The position numbers were made by a program, and so were the translations under genes. 38,270 bases of DNA from Eubacteriales bacterium (GTDB taxonomy: Bacteria; Bacillota; Clostridia; Christensenellales; MGBC116941): NCBI GenBank assembly GCA_031550915.1, contig JAVBOF010000047.1, forward strand, positions 1 to 38,270, written 5' to 3'. Shown piece by piece: positions 10,169 to 20,134 of this stretch (positions are counted from its first letter, which is position 1; each line of letters starts with the position of its first letter). The notes beneath the pieces are model-generated. The model was not told the DNA's origin. It worked only from the letters and a program-made list of their open reading frames with translations, and ran no database searches.

Positions 10169-11137
10169 ATGGCTTACAATATATATGATGTAATAGAAAT
10201 CGGCAAGGATGAAATGCGCGGGGTGTTGGGCGCAAAGCTTTTAGAACTGGGCAAAAAGAATAAAGACGTCATGATTCTTGATGCTGACCTGATGGGAGCA
10301 TCCGGCATTGAGAAGCTGGTAAAAGATCTTCCGGATCAGGTGATCAACTGCGGAATTCAGGAAGCGAATATGATGGGTGTAGCCGCAGGACTAAGCCTTA
10401 TGGGAAAGATACCGTTCGCGCATACGTTTGCTCCGTTTGCTACCCGCAGGGCGTTTGACCAAAACTTCCTTTCGATAGGCTATGCAAAACAGAACGTCAA
10501 GATATTGGCGACCGATCCGGGCGTGTATGCGGAATTGAACGGCGGCACCCATATGCCTTTTGAAGATATGGGAATAATGCGTAACATTCCGGACGCAACG
10601 ATAATAGAGCCGACGGATACCGAGGTTTTGGCGGGGATATTTGACGAGGTCGCATCGACTTACGGGCTAACATACCTTAGACTCGTCCGTAGAAATGCTG
10701 CGCAGGTCTATAAACCCGGTAATACATTCAAAATCGGAAAGGCTAACCTTATCCGCGAAGGAAAAGATGTAGCGATAATAGCTATGGGTATCTGCGTTTC
10801 CGAAGCTTTAAAAGCTGCGAATATATTAAAAGGACAGAATATATCCGCATCGATACTCGATATGTTTACACTTAAGCCGATAGACCGCAAAGCAATTGTT
10901 GAACAGGCGAAAATAGCCGGCTGCGTTGTGACAGCGGAGAACCACAACGTTGTCAACGGGCTTGGTTCGGCTGTGGCGGAGGTGTTGAGTGAGGATTGCC
11001 CGACGCCGCTTGTAAGGGTTGGAATACAGGATGAATTTGGACAGGTAGGCAAAAAAGAAAAGCTTATGGATTATTATGGCATGGATGCGAACGCAATTGT
11101 GGAAGCAGCCAAAAAAGCCATTGCTAAAAAGGCATAA
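10169..11137 (+). CDS. Transketolase, C-terminal (pyrimidine-binding) subunit
   Basis: ORF 10157..11137. Motif GIQEANMMGVAAGL. The ATG at 10169 is preferred because GGTGA lies 5 nt upstream. It follows the N-terminal subunit directly. Confidence 0.9.
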   Translation: MAYNIYDVIEIGKDEMRGVLGAKLLELGKKNKDVMILDADLMGASGIEKLVKDLPDQVINCGIQEANMMGVAAGLSLMGKIPFAHTFAPFATRRAFDQNFLSIGYAKQNVKILATDPGVYAELNGGTHMPFEDMGIMRNIPDATIIEPTDTEVLAGIFDEVASTYGLTYLRLVRRNAAQVYKPGNTFKIGKANLIREGKDVAIIAMGICVSEALKAANILKGQNISASILDMFTLKPIDRKAIVEQAKIAGCVVTAENHNVVNGLGSAVAEVLSEDCPTPLVRVGIQDEFGQVGKKEKLMDYYGMDANAIVEAAKKAIAKKA

Positions 11138-11190
11138 CGTAAAGCAATATCAGCAAAAAGCCACGCTAGATCAATCAAATAGTCAATTAA

Positions 11191-11219
11191 AAAGAACCAT
11201 GAAAGCTTCATGGTTCTTT
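11191..11219. terminator. Bidirectional rho-independent terminator between convergent genes
   Basis: Perfect 13-bp stem, aaagaaccatgaa / ttcatggttcttt, with a 3-nt loop. It is flanked by an A-run upstream and a T-run downstream, so it can act on both strands. Confidence 0.75.
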
Positions 11220-11234
11220 CCATATTTACTATAA

Positions 11235-12839
11235 TCAACCGGCGTGTTTCTTCTGCAGCAAAGCCAATTCTTTAGCCAGTGCATCCAAACGCGCGGCGTT
11301 TTCTGAAGGCAGCCCGTGTTTTGCGGATTCCGCCTGATGAACCATTGCTGCTATCTTTTCCAGCATATCCTCCAGCATCTCGTCGCCAGCTGTGGACACC
11401 ATTAATTCTTCCTCCGGGGCGGCTTTTGTTATAATCATACCGATCGGATCAAATATATCGAAAGCAGAAGGGATAAAAACATCCAGTCCGAGCTCGGTTT
11501 CGATAAGATCTTTCAGGCTTGTGCAGGATGCGGTTTCCCCATGGATCAAGAATACCTTTTTTGCTGATGCCTTCATATGTCTGACCCACTCCAGGAGCCC
11601 GTAGCGGTCGGCGTGCCCGCTGAAACCTTCTATGCGCTTGATATGGGCATTGATATTTATCTCCTCGCCAAATAACTTTACTTTTTTTGCGCCATCGAGT
11701 ATAGACCTGCCTAATGTACCTACAGCTTGATACCCAACGAAGAGGATAGTGGAATCGTTTCTCCAAAGGTTGTGTTTAAGATGATGCTTTATCCTTCCTG
11801 CTTCACACATACCGCTGGAAGAGATGATTATCTTCGGCCCGGGGATATCATTAATATGCTTGGATTGTTCGGCCGTAGTCGCTATAAAAAGTGTATCGAA
11901 AAGCAGTGGATCAACGCCCTTATTGATAAGTGACATGGCTTCTTCGTCATAATAGTGTACAGCCATTTGCTTGAAAATGTTTGTCGCTTCTATTCCCAGT
12001 GGACTATCGATATATACCGGAATGGTCGGCCATCCGGATACCTCCTTGTTTTGGATGATCTCCCTAAGATAGTAAAGCATCTCTTGGGTGCGTCCGACCG
12101 CGAAGGAGGGGATGACGAGATTTCCGCCCCTGTCAAACGTGGTTTTGATCGCATCGATAAGCAATTGCTTTTTATTGTTTGTTTCGCGATGCTCTCTATC
12201 ACCGTAGGTGCTTTCCATAATGACAAAATCCGCTTCGTCGACATACGAAGGATCCTTGATCAGCGGCCTGTCACTTGTGCCTATATCTCCGGAAAAGACT
12301 ATTTTACGTTTCTCGCCGCCTTCTTCAAGCCAAATTTCCAGCGAAGCGGAGCCAAGCATATGCCCGACATCCCGGAAACGCAGCTTTATACCGGGTAACG
12401 GTTCGATGATATCGTCATAATTGTGTCCCACAAACAGCTTTAAGCAATCCCTGGCGTCTTGCGCCGTATAAATCGGCTCTACCGGTGGTTTCCCAGCGCG
12501 CTCCCTTTTTCGGTTCTGCCATTCGGTTTCAGATTCCTGAATGTGTCCGCTATCCGGCAGCATTATTTCGCACAGCTTCTTTGTCGCGCCCGTGCAATGA
12601 ATAGAGCCCGAAAAACCTCGCTTTGCAAGCAACGGTATCCTGCCGGTGTGGTCTATATGTGCATGGGTCAAAACGACCGCATCGATATCCTTCGGATCGA
12701 AAAAAGCAAATTCATTGGTAGCAGAGGCATCCTTGCCCTGAAACATTCCGCAATCGACTATCAAAGTCTTGCCGCCTGCTTCCAAAAGGGTACAGGAGCC
12801 AGTAACACTTTTAGTTGCGCCTAGAAATTCAATTTTCAT
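11235..12839 (-). CDS. MBL-fold beta-CASP metallo-hydrolase (RNA-metabolising nuclease family)
   Basis: The ORF track extends to 13109, but that extension overlaps the M20 gene. The ATG at 12839 is preceded by GGAGGT and gives MKIEFLGATKSVTGSCTLLEAGGKTLIVDCGMFQG. Motifs HAHIDHTG (HxHxDH) and the late GFSGHAD beta-CASP motif are present. Confidence 0.88.
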   Translation of the reverse strand: MKIEFLGATKSVTGSCTLLEAGGKTLIVDCGMFQGKDASATNEFAFFDPKDIDAVVLTHAHIDHTGRIPLLAKRGFSGSIHCTGATKKLCEIMLPDSGHIQESETEWQNRKRERAGKPPVEPIYTAQDARDCLKLFVGHNYDDIIEPLPGIKLRFRDVGHMLGSASLEIWLEEGGEKRKIVFSGDIGTSDRPLIKDPSYVDEADFVIMESTYGDREHRETNNKKQLLIDAIKTTFDRGGNLVIPSFAVGRTQEMLYYLREIIQNKEVSGWPTIPVYIDSPLGIEATNIFKQMAVHYYDEEAMSLINKGVDPLLFDTLFIATTAEQSKHINDIPGPKIIISSSGMCEAGRIKHHLKHNLWRNDSTILFVGYQAVGTLGRSILDGAKKVKLFGEEININAHIKRIEGFSGHADRYGLLEWVRHMKASAKKVFLIHGETASCTSLKDLIETELGLDVFIPSAFDIFDPIGMIITKAAPEEELMVSTAGDEMLEDMLEKIAAMVHQAESAKHGLPSENAARLDALAKELALLQKKHAG

Positions 12840-12853
12840 AATTACCTCCGTGA

Positions 12854-14308
12854 TTAAAGGGGTTGATCCCCAGAAACTCTTTTTAATAGCTCTACAAAAA
12901 ATATTGCGCCTTGCCGCAGGCTGGATACTTCCAGTCTTTCGTTCGTGCCGTGTATACCGCCGATATCCCTGGCGAGTGAAGGAAATGGCGAAAACCTGCA
13001 AACACAATTGCAAAGAGGCTCGAACAAGCGGCTGTCGGTGGACACTATTGTCATAGCGGGCGCGGCTACGCATCCCTGCAGGGCGACTGACGCGGCCTCC
13101 TTGACACATTTAAAACCAAAGGAGTCCATCGAAGATACTTTACTTGCTTCCGAAGCGTTTAATATCTCAATATTATAGCCCTCTCCAATGATCGATACCA
13201 GTCTTTGTTTGACAGATCCAATATCTTCTCCAGGCAGCATCCTGCAATTTACTATAGCTTCCGCCTTCTGGGGTAGAATATTCGCCTTCACACTGCCCTG
13301 AAGCATTGTAATTGCGGCAGTAGTTGAAAACATCGCCCTTCCTAGCGGCGTTCTGCACAGATAGTTTAACACTAATCGCCCGAAAACCGGCAGGTTTGCG
13401 CCGTATATATTCAGCGGAAAACGCATATAGGGGGAAAGCTGTTCCGTCATAGCTTTTGTCAAACCGATATAATGCCGGGGAAAGCCATTCTTTTCAATAT
13501 TCTCTATGGCTTTTGCCAATCGAACGACCGCACCGTTTGCGGGCGGCATACTGGAATGTCCTCCGTTAGATACAGCCGTGATTTTAACCTCGGCATAACC
13601 CTTTTCCGCAAGGCCTATTAAAGCGGCTTTTTCCTTTATGCCAAAATTATTGCCGTCATAAATGGACATACCTTCGTCCAGTACCAGTTCAAATTCCATA
13701 CCGCGCTGCTTGCATAGCTCGGCTATGGCAACAGCCCCCTTTTCAATTGGCAACTCCTCATCATGCCCCAGGGCAATGTAAATATCGCGCGAAGGCTCAA
13801 AGCCTTTGTCAATGAGATATTCCAGGGATTCGAATATACAGACGAGCTGCCCCTTCATATCCAAAGTACCGCGGCCCCATATATATCCACCTTCTATTAT
13901 ACCGCCGAACGGATCATGCTTCCAATCGGTTTCAGTACCCTCGTTTATAGGTACGACGTCCAAATGTGCCATAAGCAAAACAGGCTTTTCACTGCTGCCC
14001 GTTTCCCAACGATAGAGCAATGAATGATCTTCTATAGTTTCAACTTTGAATTTTTGATGTAGCATAGGATAGCTATCGCGCAGATATCCATGGAATAACG
14101 GAAATTCATCTGCGCAGCTTTCGTGCGCGGATATCGTTTTGAAGCATATCGCGCCGGAAAGTTTTTTTGCCAAACCATCTTCATCGATATCATTATATTC
14201 CGCAGGGATACATGCTATGGATTCTTTTTTAACTGAAGCCGTGGCACGATACACCAATAACGCCAATACAGCCACGATAAGAATGATCAATATGATATAT
14301 AAGGCCAT
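12854..14308 (-). CDS. M20/M25/M40-family metallopeptidase with N-terminal membrane anchor
   Basis: 484 aa. TM helix MALYIILIILIVAVLALLVY. Motifs MAHLDVVP, GRGTLDMKG and GHDEE are typical of M20 dinuclear-zinc peptidases. Confidence 0.85.
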   Translation of the reverse strand: MALYIILIILIVAVLALLVYRATASVKKESIACIPAEYNDIDEDGLAKKLSGAICFKTISAHESCADEFPLFHGYLRDSYPMLHQKFKVETIEDHSLLYRWETGSSEKPVLLMAHLDVVPINEGTETDWKHDPFGGIIEGGYIWGRGTLDMKGQLVCIFESLEYLIDKGFEPSRDIYIALGHDEELPIEKGAVAIAELCKQRGMEFELVLDEGMSIYDGNNFGIKEKAALIGLAEKGYAEVKITAVSNGGHSSMPPANGAVVRLAKAIENIEKNGFPRHYIGLTKAMTEQLSPYMRFPLNIYGANLPVFGRLVLNYLCRTPLGRAMFSTTAAITMLQGSVKANILPQKAEAIVNCRMLPGEDIGSVKQRLVSIIGEGYNIEILNASEASKVSSMDSFGFKCVKEAASVALQGCVAAPAMTIVSTDSRLFEPLCNCVCRFSPFPSLARDIGGIHGTNERLEVSSLRQGAIFFVELLKRVSGDQPL

Positions 14309-14330
14309 AAAACCTCCTACGCCATATAAT

Positions 14331-14350
14331 AAACGGCTATAAAGCCGTTT
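14331..14350 (-). terminator. Candidate weak terminator hairpin after the ABC ATPase gene
   Basis: aaacggct-ataa-agccgttt forms an 8-bp stem. On the minus strand it is followed by an AU-rich tail (auuauau). The tail is weak. Confidence 0.35.
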
Positions 14351-14421
14351 TACATAAAGCCTTCGTGATTATACCGCTTCGGGTTCAGGCCTTATTTTTA
14401 TAGACAGGTAAGTCTTCGTTA

Positions 14422-15153
14422 TCAAACCGAAAGCAAAACCTTACCAAGAAAATCCTTGGTCCTCTGGTTCTGCGGATTTCCAAATACATTTTCCGGAGGC
14501 CCTTCTTCCGCAATGATACCCTCGTCCATAAACAACACGCGGGATCCGACGTTACGCGCAAAGCCCATCTCGTGTGTCACCACGACCATAGTCATACCTT
14601 CGGCAACAAGGCTTCGCATAACATCCAAAACCTCGCCGATCATCTCCGGATCCAACGATGAAGTCGGCTCGTCAAAGAGCATGACATCCGGCTCCATTGC
14701 CATGGCGCGCACTATCGCTATCCTTTGCTGTTGGCCTCCGGAAAGCATTTTCGGATATGCTTTTATCTTATCGTAAAGCCCGACCCTCTTAAGAAGTTTT
14801 TCCGCGTTGGCTTCGGCTTCACTCCGGGAGAGCCTTTTAACTTTTATAGGTGCCAAAGTCAGGTTTTCAAGAATGCTGAGGTGGGGAAACAGGTTGAATT
14901 GCTGAAAAACCATACCCATCTTCTGCCTGTGGATGTTGATATCGACGTTCTTATCCGTTATATTCGTTCCTTCGAATATTATATTGCCATGCGTAGGTAT
15001 CTCCAAAAGGTTGAGGCAGCGCAAAAACGTGCTTTTGCCGCTCCCGCTTGGGCCGATAACAACGACGACTTCACCTTGAGTTACTTCTGTAGTAATACCT
15101 TTAAGTACTTCGAGTTTATCAAAATGTTTATGCAAATCTTCTACCCTGATCAT
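14422..15153 (-). CDS. Polar amino-acid ABC transporter, ATP-binding protein
   Basis: 243 aa. Walker [10 protein letters not shown], signature [14 protein letters not shown], Walker [10 protein letters not shown]. GlnQ/HisP-like length. Confidence 0.93.
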   Translation of the reverse strand: MIRVEDLHKHFDKLEVLKGITTEVTQGEVVVVIGPSGSGKSTFLRCLNLLEIPTHGNIIFEGTNITDKNVDINIHRQKMGMVFQQFNLFPHLSILENLTLAPIKVKRLSRSEAEANAEKLLKRVGLYDKIKAYPKMLSGGQQQRIAIVRAMAMEPDVMLFDEPTSSLDPEMIGEVLDVMRSLVAEGMTMVVVTHEMGFARNVGSRVLFMDEGIIAEEGPPENVFGNPQNQRTKDFLGKVLLSV

Positions 15154-15817
15154 CCGGCCTCATCCTCCTTTCAACCTTGTTCATTACCCTCGATAGTATG
15201 AATGTCATAATAAAATAGATAACTGCTGAAGTTAACAGTGGGGTCCAGGGATCAAATGTAGCGGCTTTGATATAAATGGCGCTTGTCATGAGCTCCATAT
15301 AGCCTATAGCATAGCATAGAGAGGATTCCTTTATAATAACTATGAATTCGTTGCCGAGCGCCGGGAGAATGTTTCGAACGGCCTGCGGCAATATGATACG
15401 CCACATCGTTAGCGAGTAGGACATACCCAGAGACCGCGCCGCTTCCGTCTGCCCTTTATCTACGGATTGGATGCCGGAACGCATTATTTCCGCCACATAT
15501 GCGCCGCTGTTTAGTGAAAGAGTGATTATTGCCGCCAGAAGCATATCGGCGCCTTTCCCAAGGAAAGGCCAAGAAGGCAAAGTTAACGCGATACCGAATA
15601 TTAGAAGCTGCACGAGCATTGGAGTGCCCCGAAACACCTCGATATATATATTTGATACTATCCTGAGTATCCAGAATCTGGACAGTTTAAGAATACAGAA
15701 TAGCGTTCCTATAATACTTCCGAAAACTACGGAAATTGCCGAAATGATCAATGTCATACCTGCCGCTCTTAGCATTGTTGGCAAATAGTTTTCGACAAAT
15801 ACGATAAAATCCTCCAT
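15128..15817 (-). CDS. Polar amino-acid ABC transporter, permease (HisM/GlnP type)
   Basis: 229 aa and multi-TM. EAA loop [23 protein letters not shown]. Overlaps the ATPase start by 26 nt. Confidence 0.9.
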   Translation of the reverse strand: MEDFIVFVENYLPTMLRAAGMTLIISAISVVFGSIIGTLFCILKLSRFWILRIVSNIYIEVFRGTPMLVQLLIFGIALTLPSWPFLGKGADMLLAAIITLSLNSGAYVAEIMRSGIQSVDKGQTEAARSLGMSYSLTMWRIILPQAVRNILPALGNEFIVIIKESSLCYAIGYMELMTSAIYIKAATFDPWTPLLTSAVIYFIMTFILSRVMNKVERRMRPDDQGRRFA

Positions 15818-15842
15818 CCGACGCCTCCTTTAATTAAAATCC

Positions 15843-15856
15843 TATGCATATGCATA
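15843..15856. promoter_or_regulatory. Perfect 14-bp palindrome TATGCATATGCATA in the ABC-operon leader/promoter region (candidate operator)
   Basis: Read directly from the sequence. It lies 26 nt upstream of the permease start codon, inside a 160-bp divergent intergenic region. Confidence 0.3.
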
Positions 15857-15979
15857 TAAATCAATTATACTTGCGGCGCTATGTATGCGCAACAGAATTA
15901 TTGCGAAGCTTTTTGGGAATAAAAAGCTTTTATGGCGTCAATAATTACTTTGAAACTCAATTTGTTATGTGGAGTGGAT

Positions 15980-16543
15980 ATGAAAAAACTGATTGCCTTG
16001 GTTTTGCTGTTTCAGGTGCTGATATCAACACAGGCTTCGGTATGCGGTACACTTGAAGGCGCCTTAAAGCAGCAAAATTTAGATATGATGGAATGGCGGT
16101 TGGACGCAAACGCGAAAATAAATACCGCGGAAGACGCTGAATCTATCGCAAGTGTTTTGGGTAGAAATGAAGGCCTTAAAATGGTGCTGGCAGCCGATGG
16201 CTTGCGTGTTGTATATACCGAGCAGGGCAGTGGTCCTGCAGAAGAACGATACAAAAAGATAAAAAAAGCATTTTCTTTATTGGAACACTCAAGGGTCAGT
16301 ATAGCGTATATTTGCACGTCAAAGGTCAAGATCGACCCGCAATATATACTGGCAAATGCCGGAGGTATCGAAAGGTTTTCGTCAGACGACGGTCTGGTAC
16401 AGACCTCAAGCGGATATAACAGTTCGCTTGGCGAAGCATTCGAATGCGGAGGTGAGTTATCCAATATGCAAGCCGCATGCATAGATAAAGACGGGGCTTA
16501 TATTTTGGTATTGGCCCACCCTGCAATACTGTTCGAATACTGA
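15980..16543 (+). CDS. Secreted/lipoprotein-like hypothetical protein, possibly YwmB (DUF1779) family
   Basis: ORF 15932..16543. The internal ATG at 15980 gives a signal peptide, MKKLIALVLLFQVLISTQASVCG. The position immediately upstream of murA mirrors ywmB-murAA in Bacillus, and the C-terminus ends ...PAILFEY. The family call comes from synteny and memory only. Confidence 0.5.
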   Translation: MKKLIALVLLFQVLISTQASVCGTLEGALKQQNLDMMEWRLDANAKINTAEDAESIASVLGRNEGLKMVLAADGLRVVYTEQGSGPAEERYKKIKKAFSLLEHSRVSIAYICTSKVKIDPQYILANAGGIERFSSDDGLVQTSSGYNSSLGEAFECGGELSNMQAACIDKDGAYILVLAHPAILFEY

Positions 16544-16685
16544 CTCGGACAATAACAAAAACCTCGGAGCATGAGTTTTACCGCTACGGTTTATAGGCAT
16601 AAATACTTTATTTTACAAACATTTTTTGCGCCCCGCGGGGTAATAATATCAATAAATAGAATGTTTCAGCAAACGGGGGTACGGA

Positions 16686-17999
16686 TTGAACGCTTTTTAC
16701 ATAAGGAAAAGCCCTCCTCTGCAGGGCACCATTAGGATAAACACAGCCAAAAACACGATTTTACCGCTGATGGCGGCGACCTTACTGACGGATGATGAGA
16801 TTATTTTAGAGGACATACCGGTGCTCGAGGATGTTAATTCCATGCGCGAGATATTGGCTTATATGGGTAAGCGGATAAGCCATACTAACCACAGGCTGGT
16901 TATAAACCATGGAAGTGGCGGAACAAATAACCTTCCAGAAAGTGTGACGAGCAAATTGCGCGCATCGCTTTTGGTATTGGGGCCGAGCCTTGCTAGAAGC
17001 AGGCAGCTACATATTGCTATGCCCGGCGGATGTGAGATCGGCACACGCCCGATAGATCTGCATATAGCGGGATTCAAGGCGCTTGGAGCGGATATAGAGG
17101 TACGCGGCGGTTTTATCATGTTTAATGGCAACCGTATGCATAGTTGTAAGATATATCTGCCATTTCCAAGCGTAGGTGCTACTCAAAACCTCATTATGGC
17201 TTCCGTGCTGGCCGATGGCATAACGACTATTCAAAACGCCGCGGCCGAACCGGAGATTGCCGACCTAGCGAATTTTCTTTGCAGGATGGGAGCGAATGTA
17301 TCCGGCGGAGGATCGCGAACGGTAGTTATCGAAGGCGTTAGCAAGCTTCATGGGACGTCGTACCTGCCCATTTCAGACAGGATCGAAGCAGGCACTTTTA
17401 TGATAGCCTGCGCCATGACCGGGGGCGATATGGTTCTGCACAACGCTAACGCAAAGCATCTTATGCCTCTGATCGGTAAGCTTGAACAGGCGGGAGCGGA
17501 TATACGCGCTTATCCGAAAAGCCTTCGGATAATAGCTCCCAAAAACCTTTCCGGGCTTGATATCACGTCGATGCCATACCCAGGATTCCCAACGGACCTG
17601 CAGTCACAGGCGATGGCCATGTGCATCTATGCGCAGGGTACAAGCAGTATAGTAGAAACAGTTTTTGAGAACCGGTTCCGCCATGTCGAACTCTTTAAAC
17701 GTATGGGCGCGGATATACAGGTGCAAGGCCGGAATGCGATAATAAACGGGGTCAAATCGATGACTGGTATAGTAGCGGAAGCACCTGATCTTCGCGCTGG
17801 AGCGGCGATAGTGCTGGCGGGCCTGCGTGCCGAGGGTGAAACGGTCTTAACAGGCCTTGAGAGGATAGACCGGGGATATGAAAATATTGAAAACCGCCTA
17901 TATAACCTTGGCGCGGAAATCGAAAGAAAGCCGTATCCTGCTTTGGAAGAAGCAGATACAAGGCATATGGTTATGGATATGCATTTTGCTGTTCCATGA
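16686..17999 (+). CDS. murA: UDP-N-acetylglucosamine 1-carboxyvinyltransferase
   Basis: 437 aa with a TTG start. Motifs GTIRINTAKNTILPLMAATLL and the catalytic-Cys loop MPGGCEIGTRPIDLH. Confidence 0.95.
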   Translation: MNAFYIRKSPPLQGTIRINTAKNTILPLMAATLLTDDEIILEDIPVLEDVNSMREILAYMGKRISHTNHRLVINHGSGGTNNLPESVTSKLRASLLVLGPSLARSRQLHIAMPGGCEIGTRPIDLHIAGFKALGADIEVRGGFIMFNGNRMHSCKIYLPFPSVGATQNLIMASVLADGITTIQNAAAEPEIADLANFLCRMGANVSGGGSRTVVIEGVSKLHGTSYLPISDRIEAGTFMIACAMTGGDMVLHNANAKHLMPLIGKLEQAGADIRAYPKSLRIIAPKNLSGLDITSMPYPGFPTDLQSQAMAMCIYAQGTSSIVETVFENRFRHVELFKRMGADIQVQGRNAIINGVKSMTGIVAEAPDLRAGAAIVLAGLRAEGETVLTGLERIDRGYENIENRLYNLGAEIERKPYPALEEADTRHMVMDMHFAVP

Positions 18000-18050
18000 C
18001 ATACCGATGACATAAGCAAATTAAAATCAGTAAACTAATATAGTGGTTTA

Positions 18051-18079
18051 TTGATTTTATTTTTATTGTGGGATAGAAT
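18051..18079 (+). promoter_or_regulatory. Candidate sigma-A promoter for pgk operon
   Basis: TTGATT, a 17-nt spacer, then TAGAAT. It lies ~50 nt upstream of the pgk start. Consensus match only. Confidence 0.45.
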
Positions 18080-18127
18080 AAATTTTGGATTTAAATAACT
18101 TAAAGAAATACAAAGGAGTGCGGAAAT

Positions 18128-19312
18128 ATGAACAAAAAAACCATAGAAGATATTGATATAAAGGGCAAAAGAGTCCTTGTCAGGGTAGATTTTAACGTGC
18201 CTTTGGATGAGAATAAAAACATTACGGATGAGACCCGTATAAAAGCCGCACTCCCAACGATTAATTATCTGATAAACCAAGGAGCAAGGATAATCTTATG
18301 TTCGCATCTTGGCAGGCCGAAGGGAGAGTTCAATATGAAGTATTCCCTGGAACCCGTCGCAAAGAAGCTTGCTGAAATCCTTGGTAAAAACGTGGCATTT
18401 TCGAAGGACGTGATCGGAGAAAACGCACATGAATGCGTTGCTGCGTTGAAAGATGGCGACATCATGCTTCTTGAAAACCTGAGGTTTCATAAAGAGGAGG
18501 AAGCCAATGATCCGCAGTTTGCCAAGGAGCTTGCATCCATGGCCGAAATTTATGTAAACGATGCCTTTGGCACGGCGCATAGGGCACATGCTTCGACAGC
18601 GGGGGTAGCGGCGTACTTGCCGGCCGTTGCGGGATATCTTATAGGTAGAGAATTGGATATAATGGGCAAGGCTTTAGAGAACCCAGAACGCCCGTTTGTG
18701 GCTATTTTGGGCGGAGCGAAGGTTTCCGATAAGATCGGCGTTATAAATAATTTATTGGATAAAGTCGATTGTCTTTTGATTGGCGGCGGCATGGCATATA
18801 CCTTCGTTAAAGCAAAGGGCTTTGGTATTGGTAAATCGCTAGTAGAAGAGGATAAAATTGAATTGGCGAATGAGCTTATAAAAAAAGCGGAAACGAAGGG
18901 GATCAAAATGCTCCTTCCGATAGATGTTATTGCGGCGGATGAGTTTAAAAACGAAGCTAATACGAGGATAGTGGATATCGAGAGCATTCCTGATGGATGG
19001 ATGGGTCTTGATAACGGACCGAAATCAAACGAAGCTTTTGCCGCGGTGATAAAGAACGCAAAAACGGTCATCTGGAACGGGCCTATGGGCGTATTCGAGA
19101 TGCCGAATTTTGCTGAGGGTACGAAGAGTATCGCTAAGGCAATGTCAGATAGCAGCGCAATAACGATAATCGGGGGCGGGGATTCCGCCGCCGCCGTTGA
19201 ACAGATGGGTTTTGCGGACAAGATGACGCATATATCCACGGGAGGCGGCGCTTCACTGGAATACCTTGAGGGTTTGGAACTGCCTGGCGTGGCTGCATTG
19301 TTGGATAAATAA
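18128..19312 (+). CDS. pgk: Phosphoglycerate kinase
   Basis: 394 aa. Motif RVDFNVPL, followed by a full-length Pgk-like sequence. AAAGGAG RBS upstream. Confidence 0.97.
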   Translation: MNKKTIEDIDIKGKRVLVRVDFNVPLDENKNITDETRIKAALPTINYLINQGARIILCSHLGRPKGEFNMKYSLEPVAKKLAEILGKNVAFSKDVIGENAHECVAALKDGDIMLLENLRFHKEEEANDPQFAKELASMAEIYVNDAFGTAHRAHASTAGVAAYLPAVAGYLIGRELDIMGKALENPERPFVAILGGAKVSDKIGVINNLLDKVDCLLIGGGMAYTFVKAKGFGIGKSLVEEDKIELANELIKKAETKGIKMLLPIDVIAADEFKNEANTRIVDIESIPDGWMGLDNGPKSNEAFAAVIKNAKTVIWNGPMGVFEMPNFAEGTKSIAKAMSDSSAITIIGGGDSAAAVEQMGFADKMTHISTGGGASLEYLEGLELPGVAALLDK

Positions 19313-19335
19313 AATTTGTATTATATCGGAGGTCT

Positions 19336-20088
19336 ATTAGGAGAAAACCTATCATTGCGGGCAATTGGAAGATGAACATGGATATTGAAGGGACGAAAGC
19401 GCTTGTGGGCGCGATAATCCCGTTAGCCAGGGAATCCTCGGCAGAAGTTGTGATATGCCCGTCCTTCACGAATATCGCGCTTGCGAGGCATATGACGGAA
19501 GGTACCAACGTGCAGGTCGGAGCCCAGAACATGCATTTTGAGCCAAAAGGAGCGTATACTGGAGAAGTAAGCGCTGAGATGCTTAAATGCCTTGGCGTCC
19601 AATATGTGATAATAGGGCATAGCGAACGCAGACAGTACTTTGGCGAGACGGACGAAAGCGTTAATAAAAAAGTCAAGGCTGTTTTGGAGAGCGGCATGTC
19701 CCCGATAATGTGTGTTGGCGAAACTTTGGAACAAAGGGAGCAGGGTGTGACCAAATCACTGGTATGCAATCAGGTAAAAGAGGGAATGAACGGCCTTAGC
19801 GCAGATGATGCCGCAAAAACGGTAATTGCTTACGAACCGGTTTGGGCTATCGGCACCGGCAAAACTGCGACGGCAAACGACGCAAACGAGGTTTGCGGAT
19901 GGATACGTGATACGCTAAGGGAGATGTTCGGAAAGATTGCGGATGATATACGCATACAATACGGCGGAAGCATGAATCCGGGAAACGTTAAGGAACTGAT
20001 GGCGATGCCGGAAATAGACGGAGGGCTGATCGGCGGAGCTTCATTGAAAGCCGAGGATTTTGACAAGCTTATTAATTATGATAAATAA
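19336..20088 (+). CDS. tpiA: Triosephosphate isomerase (start codon apparently non-canonical, ATT)
   Basis: The ORF track begins at ATG 19372 (MNMDIEG...). The in-frame upstream codons, however, read I-R-R-K-P-I-I-A-G-N-W-K-M-N, which is the universal TIM N-terminus (MRKPIIAGNWKMN in B. subtilis) and carries the catalytic Asn and Lys. No ATG, GTG or TTG occurs between the in-frame stop (19306-19308) and 19372. ATT at 19336 aligns with the homologous Met. The downstream sequence is full-length TIM (GHSERR, AYEPVWAIGTG, GGASL). Confidence 0.85.
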   Translation: MRRKPIIAGNWKMNMDIEGTKALVGAIIPLARESSAEVVICPSFTNIALARHMTEGTNVQVGAQNMHFEPKGAYTGEVSAEMLKCLGVQYVIIGHSERRQYFGETDESVNKKVKAVLESGMSPIMCVGETLEQREQGVTKSLVCNQVKEGMNGLSADDAAKTVIAYEPVWAIGTGKTATANDANEVCGWIRDTLREMFGKIADDIRIQYGGSMNPGNVKELMAMPEIDGGLIGGASLKAEDFDKLINYDK

Positions 20089-20134
20089 AACCCAAAGGAC
20101 TAGACAGCCCATATATAAATGAAACGAGGCTAAG

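Noticed and set aside
12840-13109. 90-codon N-terminal extension of the beta-CASP ORF (track start at 13109)
   Set aside because: The extension overlaps the 3' end of the M20 peptidase gene. It is Arg/Cys-rich junk, whereas the ATG at 12839 has a GGAGGT RBS and yields the canonical MBL N-terminus.
18550-19769. Minus-strand ORFs of 229 and 211 codons antisense to pgk and tpiA
   Set aside because: Both lie entirely inside glycolytic genes with unmistakable motifs on the plus strand. They are typical antisense-frame artefacts of codon bias.
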